From Patescibacteria group bacterium (lineage in GTDB: Bacteria; Patescibacteriota; Microgenomatia; UBA10105; UBA927): a stretch of 64,000 nucleotides of DNA. Positions 31,034 through 43,304 of the stretch are shown here, piece by piece; the first letter of the stretch is position 1; each line of letters opens with the position of its first letter. Location of the stretch: NCBI GenBank assembly GCA_049322955.1, contig JBMOPU010000012.1:147581-211580 (forward strand), written 5' to 3'. Both the position numbers and the translations under genes were made by a program. The notes under the pieces were generated by a model. It made no database searches, was not told the origin of the DNA, and saw nothing but the letters and a program-made list of their open reading frames with translations.

Positions 31034-31903
31034 ATGACAGCAGAGACACTAAGCGTACGAATACAGTATCCGCAGGATAATCCCATCTCGGCTGAGAAAA
31101 CCTCCTCTCAGGATGGCGCCGCGATCTGGAAGAAAGCATATGCGGAATCCCGACAAAAGCATTGGCAACAGGTATTCCAAGTCGGTGACTATTCCCCCTA
31201 TGACAAAGCGCGCAAGCTCCCGCAGGGTACTGCGCTTCGTGAGGCACTCTACGAATCTCTCACCGATCCGATTTCTTTTGTAACGCATATCGGCGAACAT
31301 ATCCGTAAGGTCGATACCGATCTTCGCGGCGGAAAAGATATCGGGGGTGCGAAAGAGCGATGGGAGCGAGTCGGGGCATTTGCCAGTATGGCGGTGCTCT
31401 TTACCGCATTTGATTACGCAACAAGTAAGCCATTTGAGCGATTTTTTCCCATGATAAAGAATAAGGTATTAACCCCTGAGGAACTTCGTCTGAATGCGCG
31501 GATGGGGGCGATGAAAAAGATCCTTGACGTCATGAACGATAAATACGCGACGGCATTAGGCAATATGCTGGTAGAGAAAATTTCCGGCAAGCGGGGATTT
31601 ATCCATGAAGTGGCGGATAAGGGTGCAGACACCATCCAATCGGGATTTGAGGAAACCAATGACTTGGTCAACGGCGCAACACTGGAAAGTTATATGCGGA
31701 TTTTTTCTCAGGTACCGATTGTGGGAGCGTTATTTGAGCAGGGGATGACCCGTCTTTCCCTGTTGCAGGAAAAGTCATCGCTCCACACCGCTACGGGCAA
31801 AATGCTTTATATGGCGCTTGGCGTATTTATCCGAGATAATCGAAAAGCAGACAAAATGGATGGCGCTTCTTTGGCAGGACTTATTGCCAGGACAATCCTT
31901 TAA
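31034..31903 (+). CDS. Hypothetical amphipathic protein (array family L)
   Basis: 'DVMNDKYATALGN', 'LVNGATLESYMRIFSQVPIVG'. Confidence 0.8.
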   Translation: MTAETLSVRIQYPQDNPISAEKTSSQDGAAIWKKAYAESRQKHWQQVFQVGDYSPYDKARKLPQGTALREALYESLTDPISFVTHIGEHIRKVDTDLRGGKDIGGAKERWERVGAFASMAVLFTAFDYATSKPFERFFPMIKNKVLTPEELRLNARMGAMKKILDVMNDKYATALGNMLVEKISGKRGFIHEVADKGADTIQSGFEETNDLVNGATLESYMRIFSQVPIVGALFEQGMTRLSLLQEKSSLHTATGKMLYMALGVFIRDNRKADKMDGASLAGLIARTIL

Positions 31904-31927
31904 TCGAATAACGAAGTGATTTGGGTG

Positions 31928-31956
31928 TTGACAGTTTTTTATCCGCTGAGTACAAT
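31928..31956 (+). promoter_or_regulatory. Sigma70 promoter for the tRNA-Ala/23S/5S unit
   Basis: TTGACA-17 nt-TACAAT. Confidence 0.7.
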
Positions 31957-32105
31957 ACCTTTTGCCTTTGTTCGCCAATTATCGGCGATACGGAATGCGG
32001 AGGCAAGACTTTTCTTTTTCATGAGAATCACCACTTCATACAAAACCGACCTTTTTGGGCGACGTTTGCGTGTGATGTAGAACTTCTTACAAGGAGAGAG
32101 TCCCG

Positions 32106-32132
32106 ATCCCGCATAAAAGGCGGGATTTTTTT
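32106..32132 (+). terminator. Terminator-like hairpin in the rRNA leader
   Basis: ATCCCGC-ataaaag-GCGGGAT followed by a T-run. Confidence 0.5.
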
Positions 32133-32211
32133 ATCCCTTTTGCACATTACCTAAGCATGATCGACGGAGAAGAACTGTGGGTTCGCCTTCGGGTCTGCCC
32201 ATTCGTTTAAT

Positions 32212-32284
32212 GGGCCCGAAGTTTACCTGGTTGAACGCTTCATTTGCAATGAAGAGGCAGGCGGTTCGACTCCGCCCGGGTCCA
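32212..32284 (+). tRNA. tRNA-Ala(UGC)
   Basis: Acceptor GGGCCCG/CGGGTCC with G3:U70; anticodon arm CTTCA-TT-TGC-AA-TGAAG; T arm GGCGG-TTCGACT-CCGCC. Confidence 0.93.
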
Positions 32285-32349
32285 CCGATGTTCTTGTATC
32301 GGGAGTAGCTACATATATATGTATATACTCTCGCGACAAGAGCGCGAGT

Positions 32350-32361
32350 TGCTCTTTAACA
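32350..32361 (+). promoter_or_regulatory. rrn antitermination boxA
   Basis: TGCTCTTTAACA matches the classical boxA and is preceded by a boxB-like hairpin. Confidence 0.8.
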
Positions 32362-32526
32362 ATATTGCCAAATGACTTCTTGTAAGACAGGTGAAATTCC
32401 TGCTCTACAAGAATTGAAAGTAATGAAGTAATGAGGTAGTTGCCGCGTAAGGGGGAGTGAATCCCACTTATCGTGGCCATTTTTAGTTGAGGGAACAAGG
32501 GTCGTCTTCGAGACGAATCTTTTGTT

Positions 32527-35842
<3,316 letters not shown>

Positions 35843-35970
35843 AACAAAGGACGTTTTTTGCCGAGAGGCAAAAACACCTTGTTTCTCTTGGCGAAAATGA
35901 CACGAAAAGTCGGTCATTCTCCCTTATGTTGCAATTACCTTTATAATAAGAAAAGATTTTATCGTTGAGC

Positions 35971-36090
35971 CTTTCGGTCTCTTACGCGATGTGGTACCAC
36001 CCTTTCCCATTCCGAACAGGGAAGTGAAACACATTAGCGCCAACAATACTCGTTTCGCAAGGAACCTGGAAGATAGGTCGAGGCCGGGGG
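35971..36090 (+). rRNA. rrf: 5S rRNA
   Basis: CCCATTCCGAACAGGGAAGTGAAAC core; helix I CTTTCGGTCT/AGGCCGGGGG extended by TTTTATCGTTGAG/CTCAACGATAAAA. Confidence 0.93.
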
Positions 36091-36113
36091 ACTCAACGAT
36101 AAAACGGCAAATT

Positions 36114-36139
36114 ATCCCTAGTGACCCTAGGGATTTTTT
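36114..36139 (+). terminator. Intrinsic terminator of the rRNA unit
   Basis: ATCCCTAG-tgacc-CTAGGGAT followed by TTTTT. Confidence 0.8.
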
Positions 36140-36177
36140 GTGGGATTTGGCCTATAGGTGTATAATACGCTCTAACT

Positions 36178-36651
36178 ATGGTAGAACGAGGTGCTACTTC
36201 AGTAATGCCGCGAGGCAAAGAACTCATTAACCGGGGGATGGATAAAGTCGTCACCGGAGTGATTCTCACCGCGGGCAATGAAATTGTTCATGCGGTGAAG
36301 TTCGGGCTTGTCGGTGCGGCGATCGGTATTCCCGCAGGTATCCTGGGCGGCAATGTTGTTGAAGGGGTCAAAAGCTTCGGAAAGATAGGTGTTGATGTGG
36401 GTGTATTGTGGGGATGGCATACGGCACATACTGACTTTAATAAAACTGCCGAAAAAAACGGCAATCCACCGGTCCGGTGGTATGACTGGTTAGGGGCGAC
36501 CATCATTTCATCCAATGCACGTAATCATGAACGGCCGTTTCACAAAGCAACGCAGACGGAAGCCATATTATGGGGACAATTCTTTAATCCTACGTCAACC
36601 AGCGGCATGAAAGATGTGTTACACGGAGCAATACAGGTAGTGTTCGGTTAA
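36178..36651 (+). CDS. Hypothetical glycine-zipper protein (array, family L-related)
   Basis: 'GLVGAAIGIPAGILGG'; 'FFNPTSTSGMKDV' resembles 28948 'LSNPVTQLGLEMV'; TATAAT just upstream. Confidence 0.72.
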   Translation: MVERGATSVMPRGKELINRGMDKVVTGVILTAGNEIVHAVKFGLVGAAIGIPAGILGGNVVEGVKSFGKIGVDVGVLWGWHTAHTDFNKTAEKNGNPPVRWYDWLGATIISSNARNHERPFHKATQTEAILWGQFFNPTSTSGMKDVLHGAIQVVFG

Positions 36652-36671
36652 TACGATATACTTTTATCACT

Positions 36672-37394
36672 ATGGCAGAACGGCCGGTACACCACGAACT
36701 CGCTCCCAAGAAAACGCTTGCCGATCAGGTACAGGCGATATTTGAACGCCGGGCCACCAAAGGCGAGAGGAAACTCATTTTGGAAACCTACGAAACCAAG
36801 TTTGATGCCCTCCTTCAAAAATTACCCAAAGAACAACAGGAAAATATCATGGTGAAGATCCAGAAAGTTTTGACCACCATCCGCGGCGTGTTTTCCGAAT
36901 ACGGCGCACGCATCACCGATTTTGCGCGAAAAGTGTTTTTATGGCCGATGATTGCCGCAGACAAGGATTTCCCAAAAGATAAATATTATCAGATTGAACT
37001 CGCCAGAGCAAAAGCCTGGGGGGAGTTTGCCAAAGACACGACCAAAACCGCAACCGCCGAACGTACGGCCTATCGTGACCACTTTGCGTCAACCGTTGTT
37101 TCCCATGCTCAAGTATTGGGAGCAGGAGGGGCGATCGGCATGGTCGGTCTCGGTGTGGCTGAGGGTGCAAAAATAGGTGCCGTTGCCGGGTTGGGACTGC
37201 AGGGTGCCGCCGTCGGAGCAATTGCCGGAGGTATTCTGGGAGGCGCCTATTCATTCGGGCTTTTTGTAAAAGATAAAATTGTTGGTCCTCCGGTTGTGTA
37301 TTATGATGTATTTGCGGGGGCAGGAAAGCGGGGAGTGTCAATTGATATTTCCCAACAAGTGGTACAAAAAGTACCCGCCACTACCTACGCATAA
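36672..37394 (+). CDS. Hypothetical glycine-zipper protein (array 'large' member, related to 21111)
   Basis: 'FSEYGARITDFARKVFLWPM'; long GxxxG zipper 'GAGGAIGMVGLG..GAKIGAVAGLGLQGAAVGAIAGGILGG'. Confidence 0.8.
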   Translation: MAERPVHHELAPKKTLADQVQAIFERRATKGERKLILETYETKFDALLQKLPKEQQENIMVKIQKVLTTIRGVFSEYGARITDFARKVFLWPMIAADKDFPKDKYYQIELARAKAWGEFAKDTTKTATAERTAYRDHFASTVVSHAQVLGAGGAIGMVGLGVAEGAKIGAVAGLGLQGAAVGAIAGGILGGAYSFGLFVKDKIVGPPVVYYDVFAGAGKRGVSIDISQQVVQKVPATTYA

Positions 37395-37396
37395 GC

Positions 37397-37714
37397 ATGG
37401 ATGCAATTGACGAGGTTCTTACCCGGATTATCACTACGGTTTCGCAATCAAGCCTTTCCGAAACGGACAAAAATGATGTCTACGCACAGCTTACCGTCGG
37501 CATGCACCGACTCGTCTGGCCGATTTTGCTTGCCCATGTGCCCCAATACCTTTTGGACGATGCCGTGAGTAATCCCCAGCGTTTTACCGTAGAAGACTAT
37601 GCCGAACTTATTGATATAGCGCTCAAAAATCCCGCAACCGCCAAAGAAATGCATGAAGAACTGCTCGGGGCTCTTACCGAGGTCGATGCACTGGTCACCA
37701 AAGCCGTGAGTTGA
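37397..37714 (+). CDS. Small acidic helical protein, array partner family A
   Basis: 'SSLSETDKNDVY..L..GM...VWPILL...P...TVEDYAELI' aligns with 21757/22773. Confidence 0.82.
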   Translation: MDAIDEVLTRIITTVSQSSLSETDKNDVYAQLTVGMHRLVWPILLAHVPQYLLDDAVSNPQRFTVEDYAELIDIALKNPATAKEMHEELLGALTEVDALVTKAVS

Positions 37715-37772
37715 GGAATACCCCATAATCTTGTATAATGAGCAAATCCTAAAAGAAAGGCGGAATGAATGA

Positions 37773-38924
37773 ATGGTAAAAACATCTACAAGCAGTAAAT
37801 CACCAGCGGAGGGTGACAAGGCTCCGAAAACAAAATCCTCAAACGGGGCTTCCAGCATGGAAGAGCTCTTAAAGAGCACAGGGTACCAGCTTAAGGGACT
37901 CAAGAAAGGTGATACGGTCACCGCAACCATAACCCGTATGTCCGCGCGCGAAATTGCGCTTGATACCGGCAGTAAAACCGAAGGTGTCGTGATGGACAAG
38001 GAAATAGAAAACTACCGGGATATGCTGGCAAAACTCAAGGTCGGGGATACCGTTACCGCACAAGTGATTGTTGCGGAAAATGATCGGGGGCAGAGTGTCC
38101 TTTCCATCCGAAAATCTCTTCTTGAGAAGCGATGGACAACCCTATCAGAGGTACAAAAGAGCGGCGAAGCGGTTGATGTCATGCTTCGTGATCTCGTTCG
38201 CGGCGGGGTACTCGTTGATTATGGCGGTATTCGCGGCTACATCCCCATGAGTCAGCTTGATGCAACGCTTGCAAAACAGCTTGATAAAATGGCCGGTAGG
38301 CGCATTAAAGTCAAAGTCATTGAAGTCGACTCGGCAAACAACAGACTCGTCTTTTCGCAACGGGCACTGACCGAAGAGGCCGTGCTCGCCAAGCAAAAAG
38401 AACTCTTTGATGTCATTCCCGTCGATAAAACGGTGGAAGCAACCATTACTGGTGTCGCTCCCTTCGGCGCATTTGCCAAATTTACCGTTGAAAAAGAAGG
38501 CACCAAGCACGAAGTGGAAGGCTTGATCCATATTTCCGAGATTGCCTGGGAAAAGGTTGACGATCCGAACCAGTATATGAAAGCGGGCGACACCATGAAA
38601 GTGAAAATCGCCGGCGTGGATGAAAAGACCGGAAAAGTAACCTTGTCCGTGAAGCAATTGCTTCCTGACCCGTGGGAACATGTACTGGATATGTTTGAGA
38701 AAGACAGTCAGGTGAAAGGAAAAGTCACCCGCACGAGTCCCTATGGCATATTCGTCGAGCTTACCCCGGGAGTGGAAGGGCTTATCCATATCAGTAAAGT
38801 GACTCCGGGAACGGAACCGAAAGTCGGCGAAGAGATCGTGTGTTTAGTCGAAGACGTGAAACAGGATCAACGAAAAATCAGTCTCTCGATGGCACTTACC
38901 GAAAAGCCGATCGGGTATCGCTGA
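37773..38924 (+). CDS. rpsA: 30S ribosomal protein S1 (4 S1 domains)
   Basis: Repeated S1 motifs 'GIRGYIPMSQL', 'FGAF...EGLIHISEIAW', 'DPW', 'YGIFVEL..GVEGLIHIS'. Confidence 0.9.
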   Translation: MVKTSTSSKSPAEGDKAPKTKSSNGASSMEELLKSTGYQLKGLKKGDTVTATITRMSAREIALDTGSKTEGVVMDKEIENYRDMLAKLKVGDTVTAQVIVAENDRGQSVLSIRKSLLEKRWTTLSEVQKSGEAVDVMLRDLVRGGVLVDYGGIRGYIPMSQLDATLAKQLDKMAGRRIKVKVIEVDSANNRLVFSQRALTEEAVLAKQKELFDVIPVDKTVEATITGVAPFGAFAKFTVEKEGTKHEVEGLIHISEIAWEKVDDPNQYMKAGDTMKVKIAGVDEKTGKVTLSVKQLLPDPWEHVLDMFEKDSQVKGKVTRTSPYGIFVELTPGVEGLIHISKVTPGTEPKVGEEIVCLVEDVKQDQRKISLSMALTEKPIGYR

Positions 38925-38929
38925 ACACA

Positions 38930-39110
38930 CCTGGGACGACACCTACGGTTTCGTCCCAACGACTTTCCCTTAAGAAGAGTCGGGATGGCATACGTTCGAT
39001 TGCCGAAAGCATCCCGAGGAATTTGGAGCAACACTGCAGTTCCTTCCCAACGATCCTCCCTTACCAGGAATCTTGTGGCGGAAATAATTCCGTCGAATGC
39101 AAGGCGATGC
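38930..39110 (+). ncRNA. Candidate structured RNA (tandem hairpins) downstream of rpsA; family unknown
   Basis: Five consecutive stems; G-U pairs form on the + strand; no credible ORF. Confidence 0.4.
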
Positions 39111-39174
39111 AATTTCCCCTGCCTGTGAACCTGTAGTATTGACGCTGAGCCGTTTCTGTATGACAATGAATCAT

Positions 39175-39840
39175 ATGACGGAAGCTGTACAGGGCATGGG
39201 GTTTCGGGCGCAGATACGGGAGCTACTCTCCAGGGAGCCGGTATCCATCGTTCCCGTTACCGAACGTAATATCAAGCGGTTTGATGCCACCCTCACCGAT
39301 CTTTCAATGAAAAGTTCCGCAAACGGCGATATGTTTGCCGTCACCGGAAATCCCCACGAAACCAATGAGGAGTGGGCGAAAGGGGTGAAAGCGTTATGGC
39401 TTATCGGTCAAAAAGAAACGGATTTTTCCGTCCCCGAAAATGTTGCAGGTTTTGTGAATGTCTATGCACCTGAGCATACGGGAACGATAAACGACTGGTT
39501 GCTCAAAAAAGGCATGCGTGCCTATGAGCCGGGCATGATTGTGGAGGCGGCATCATTCGTCAAAGAAGGCAATGCCGAAGCAGAATTAAGTGCGAATAAA
39601 CAGGCACTCGCCAAGGTATTCATGGACGATGCGTTCAAAGATGTCCGCGCGGTTACCACATGGGTGACCCACAACGCCGAAAACGCTCTTGATCCGCAAG
39701 ATGCTATTGATATGAAAAAACTCGGCGGTTGGCCTTTGGGAAGCGCCAAATATAACCCCGGTGAGTCGGTTGACAGCACCTGTTTTCTCATTACCAGGCG
39801 CCAATTTATGGATGCCTTGACCGGTACGAAACGCTCCTGA
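39175..39840 (+). CDS. Hypothetical protein (possible divergent GNAT-like fold)
   Basis: Own promoter TTGACG...GACAAT; 'VAGFVNVY', 'VRAVTTWV...N' alpha/beta pattern; fold is only a guess. Confidence 0.6.
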   Translation: MTEAVQGMGFRAQIRELLSREPVSIVPVTERNIKRFDATLTDLSMKSSANGDMFAVTGNPHETNEEWAKGVKALWLIGQKETDFSVPENVAGFVNVYAPEHTGTINDWLLKKGMRAYEPGMIVEAASFVKEGNAEAELSANKQALAKVFMDDAFKDVRAVTTWVTHNAENALDPQDAIDMKKLGGWPLGSAKYNPGESVDSTCFLITRRQFMDALTGTKRS

Positions 39841-39876
39841 GGCATGAGATAACCGTTTCGTGTACAATACCTCGAT

Positions 39877-41187
39877 ATGAAGCTCCGGACATCGTATGTA
39901 TGCCAGCAGTGCGGCTACGAAACACCACAGTGGTACGGGAAGTGTCCCAATTGCGATCAGTGGAATACCCTCATTGAGACGGTCAAAGATGTGGGATCTG
40001 CGGGGGGAAAAGGTGGTGTGATACGGCCGTCAGGACAAGCGGGCACGCCTCAAAAGCTTTCCGAGGTACGGCATATCGAAAAACACCGGGTGAAGAGCGG
40101 GTTATCTGAATTTGATCGGGTTATGGGAGGGGGAACGGTGCCGGGCAGTGTGACGCTCTTGGCGGGGGATCCCGGCATCGGGAAATCAACCCTGCTTCTG
40201 CATGTACTAGGCGCGGTGGGCGGTTTATACGTCTCCGGAGAAGAGTCAGCAGAACAAGTGAAGCTTCGCGCCAAGCGATTGGGGATAGAAGGCAAGAATA
40301 TTTCGCTTCTTTCAGAAACCAATGCGGAAAACATTGTCGCCGCGGTAGAACGCTTTTCCGAGAAAGATCTCGTCATCATCGATTCGATTCAAACGCTTTC
40401 CTCAAGTGAGCTTGACGGAATGGCAGGATCGGTAGGACAAATTCGCCATAGCGCGGAACTTCTCATCGCCGCGGCAAAATCAAAGGGAATTCCCATGATT
40501 ATTATCGGGCATGTGACCAAGGAAGGAGCAATCGCCGGTCCCAAAGTACTCGAACATATGGTGGATGCGGTACTGTATTTGGAAGGAGAGAGGTTTGCCA
40601 ATGCAAGAATTCTTCGTACGCTCAAAAACCGGTTCGGGGCTGTCGAGGAGGTGGGGATTTTTGAAATGGCAGGCGAAGGACTGAAAGAAGTGGCAAATCC
40701 TTCGGCGCTATTTCTTCAGGATCGAGTAAAGAATGTCCCCGGGTCTGTGGTCACCGTTATTATGGAAGGAACCCGCCCTATGCTTGTTGAAATTCAGGCA
40801 TTAGCGGTAGCAACACAACTTGCCATGCCTCGTCGTGTTGCAAGCGGCGTTGATTATAATAGGCTACAGCTGATTGTTGCGATTCTTTCAAAGCGTTTGA
40901 ATTTGCCGCTTGCGGGGTTTGATATTTTCGTCAACGTCAGTGGAGGGTTGAAGCTGTCAGAACCCGCCGCAGATCTTGCTATTGCGCTTGCAATCCTTTC
41001 ATCATTTACCAATAAGGCATTTGCTCCCAACGCGGTGGCTTTTGGAGAAGTGGGGCTTTTGGGAGAGGTACGCAGGGTAGGAAGTGAGGAGCGACGGGAA
41101 AATGAAGCGAAGCGTTTGGGGTTTCCCCGGGTGTGTTCGCCCAAAACCATAAAAAATCTCAAACAAGGAGCCGCAATTCTCGGATAG
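39877..41187 (+). CDS. radA: DNA repair protein RadA/Sms
   Basis: Zn finger CQQC...CPNC, GDPGIGKST, KNRFG, Lon-like C-terminus. Confidence 0.96.
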   Translation: MKLRTSYVCQQCGYETPQWYGKCPNCDQWNTLIETVKDVGSAGGKGGVIRPSGQAGTPQKLSEVRHIEKHRVKSGLSEFDRVMGGGTVPGSVTLLAGDPGIGKSTLLLHVLGAVGGLYVSGEESAEQVKLRAKRLGIEGKNISLLSETNAENIVAAVERFSEKDLVIIDSIQTLSSSELDGMAGSVGQIRHSAELLIAAAKSKGIPMIIIGHVTKEGAIAGPKVLEHMVDAVLYLEGERFANARILRTLKNRFGAVEEVGIFEMAGEGLKEVANPSALFLQDRVKNVPGSVVTVIMEGTRPMLVEIQALAVATQLAMPRRVASGVDYNRLQLIVAILSKRLNLPLAGFDIFVNVSGGLKLSEPAADLAIALAILSSFTNKAFAPNAVAFGEVGLLGEVRRVGSEERRENEAKRLGFPRVCSPKTIKNLKQGAAILG

Positions 41188-41314
41188 CCGTTGCGCGTTA
41201 TCCATCGGGTTTTCAGTAATTATTCAGCTTTACTCCGCACAATGATACGTAGCAGATTGTTGTGCGCCAATTACTCGCTTCGATTTCGGCTTTCTTCATA
41301 AATACTATATAATA

Positions 41315-42142
41315 ATGAAGGATACGACGAATGCATCTATCATGAAAAAACAAAAACAGGAGGCAAAAAAAGTTGAAAATCCGCCGGTGCCCGCACAATC
41401 ATTAACCCCGATTGTCCGTCCGACCACGGCATTTACCCAGGCGCTTGCGAGAGAGATAGTAAAAAATCTTACGGCTCTCAGCGAGATGACCACCCGTCCG
41501 TTTCATCGGACCGTGGCTCCCGAGACCAAGGAAACAATCGGCGAGCACCCGATCATGGTTGACACAAGTGTGCTTATCGATGGGAGAATACTCCAGATAG
41601 TCAACAGCGGATTCATTTCGGGCACCCTTGTTATTCCGCAGTTTATTTTAATCGAAGTACAGCATATCGCAGATGACAGTGATCCCTTGAGAAGAGCAAA
41701 AGGGAGAAGGGCGCTTGATGTGGTGGCCAAATTAAAGGCGCAGCGGGCGAATCCGTGGCTGAAAGTAAAGGTGGTCAGTGAAGATGCCGTTGACGTGAAA
41801 GAGGTCGACAGTAAGCTTGTCGCACTGGCAAAACGGTGGGACGGAGCCCTCCTTACGGTTGATTTTAATCTTGCCCACATCGCCCGTGCCCAGAGTGTGC
41901 GGGTGTTAAATGTAAATGATCTCGCGCAAGCCATGAAGGTGGCGTTAGTCGCCGGTGAAGAGTTTGCGATAAAAATCACGCACGAAGGCAGGGAGCGGGA
42001 GCAGGGGGTAGGGTATCTCCCTGACGGCACGATGGTGGTGGTGGAGAATGCCAAAGAGAGAATCGGCCAGGAAATACAGATTATCGTGACCAAGATCCAT
42101 CAGACCCCTGCAGGTCAGCTATTCTTCGGAAGAATGAAGTAA
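41315..42142 (+). CDS. PIN/TRAM domain protein (YacL-like, lacking N-terminal TMs)
   Basis: 'VDTSVLIDGRI', 'RAKGRRALD', 'TVDFNL', 'QGVGYLPDGTMVVVE'; typical radA neighbour. Confidence 0.88.
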   Translation: MKDTTNASIMKKQKQEAKKVENPPVPAQSLTPIVRPTTAFTQALAREIVKNLTALSEMTTRPFHRTVAPETKETIGEHPIMVDTSVLIDGRILQIVNSGFISGTLVIPQFILIEVQHIADDSDPLRRAKGRRALDVVAKLKAQRANPWLKVKVVSEDAVDVKEVDSKLVALAKRWDGALLTVDFNLAHIARAQSVRVLNVNDLAQAMKVALVAGEEFAIKITHEGREREQGVGYLPDGTMVVVENAKERIGQEIQIIVTKIHQTPAGQLFFGRMK

Positions 42143-42239
42143 GTGCCTCTTTCTGATCTTTTACAGTTACCCCAATTTGTCATCAATTATTTCTTCAAAC
42201 CGATTACAGGGGCGTAGGGGAGTTTGCCCGGTAAAAATG

Positions 42240-42259
42240 TTATCCAAAAGTTATCCACA
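42240..42259 (+). promoter_or_regulatory. Tandem DnaA boxes
   Basis: TTATCCAAA (42240-42248) and perfect TTATCCACA (42251-42259), followed by an AT-rich tract. Confidence 0.5.
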
Positions 42260-42391
42260 ATGATTTTAAAAAACATAAAATCGCGTCAGAATAATCCAAA
42301 TCTAATATTCATACTATAGGTACACCCTATAATATTTACATAAATTATTATGGGACTTGACAATGGGGTGGGGCGGTGATTAACTTAATAC

Positions 42392-42562
42392 ATGCAACTG
42401 CTAGCTACGGGTTTGGGAAGTATCCTTAGGGCCTTAGGATTGGGCAAAAAGGCCCGTGTTAGCCCTTTTGAGAGAGAGCGCCGCTCTTATGAACAAGAGG
42501 TGCGCCGTGAGCTTTTAAAGCTCAAGGAAAAGGGGTTAAGCATTCCGGTATTTACTCTTTAA
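42392..42562 (+). CDS. Small 56-aa protein absent from the ORF track
   Basis: MQLLATGLGSILRALGLGKKARVSPFERERRSYEQEVRRELLKLKEKGLSIPVFTL; TTGACA upstream and terminator downstream. Confidence 0.65.
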   Translation: MQLLATGLGSILRALGLGKKARVSPFERERRSYEQEVRRELLKLKEKGLSIPVFTL

Positions 42563-42577
42563 GTAGCGGAATCAAGG

Positions 42578-42604
42578 AAGTCCGCCGATGAGGCGGATTT
42601 TTTT
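42578..42604 (+). terminator. Intrinsic terminator
   Basis: AAGTCCGCC-gatga-GGCGGATTT followed by a T-run. Confidence 0.8.
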
Positions 42605-42654
42605 GTGGAGATTGGATTGTCCGTATGCTATGATTCGCATGTTTTATCACAAAC

Positions 42655-43002
42655 ATGAAAGTAACGATTCTTGACGGTGCGGGGCAGAGGAGAGAGCGCT
42701 CACTCAGCGGGAAAGTAACCGTTGAGCGAGTTATTGCCGGACCAGTCGATCATTTGCGTCTGACGGTCGCAAGAAGCAGGGTAGATCGGGTGCAACGGTG
42801 GTTAACCGCCGCATTAAGTACCATCCAGCAATGGGATCAAGGCGGTCATGTGTGGTTTGATGTCGAAGATCCGACTCGAGATAGCGCCATTGTTCCTTTC
42901 TCCGCACAAAAAAAATTGCAAAGCGTCGGGTATGCGCTGACCAATCAGACGGTGCTCCATGTGGAAGCAAACAAACCGCGAAAGAGGAGTGTGGCTGACT
43001 AA
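42655..43002 (+). CDS. Hypothetical protein
   Basis: 115-aa ORF after a TGCTATGAT extended -10-like element. Confidence 0.55.
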   Translation: MKVTILDGAGQRRERSLSGKVTVERVIAGPVDHLRLTVARSRVDRVQRWLTAALSTIQQWDQGGHVWFDVEDPTRDSAIVPFSAQKKLQSVGYALTNQTVLHVEANKPRKRSVAD

Positions 43003-43018
43003 ACAATCTTTTCCCCAA

Positions 43019-43125
43019 TAAAAAAGCATCACTACCGCTAGCATTGGGTTTGGGATTCTAGCTACGAATAGTAATGCCTTTTATATATGGCACCATTCGC
43101 AATGGGCAATCGTGAATGATACCGT
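43019..43125 (-). ncRNA. Candidate small RNA (minus strand)
   Basis: Minus-strand TTGACA(43159-43154)-17 nt-TATTTT with extended TG; 5' hairpin, then long terminator hairpin + U6. Confidence 0.4.
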
Positions 43126-43304
43126 CAATCAAAATATCAACACGGCAAAATCTTGTCAAATATTTTTTTGAAGCTAAAATTTTTCTTTTGGATTGTATCG
43201 GTGCGCTAAAAATAGCCAATTTATTTTTTGTTTCAATACATGAATGCTTCATTTTCATTGTGAGATGTTATTGACAAGGTCAATATCCGGCGATACAATG
43301 ACCG

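Noticed and set aside
38930-39130. RNase P, SRP or tmRNA identity for the structured element ('GAGGAA' after a hairpin)
   Set aside because: No GAGGAAAGUCC or 3' CGGCUUA partner, no SRP GGAA loop context and no tRNA-like ends
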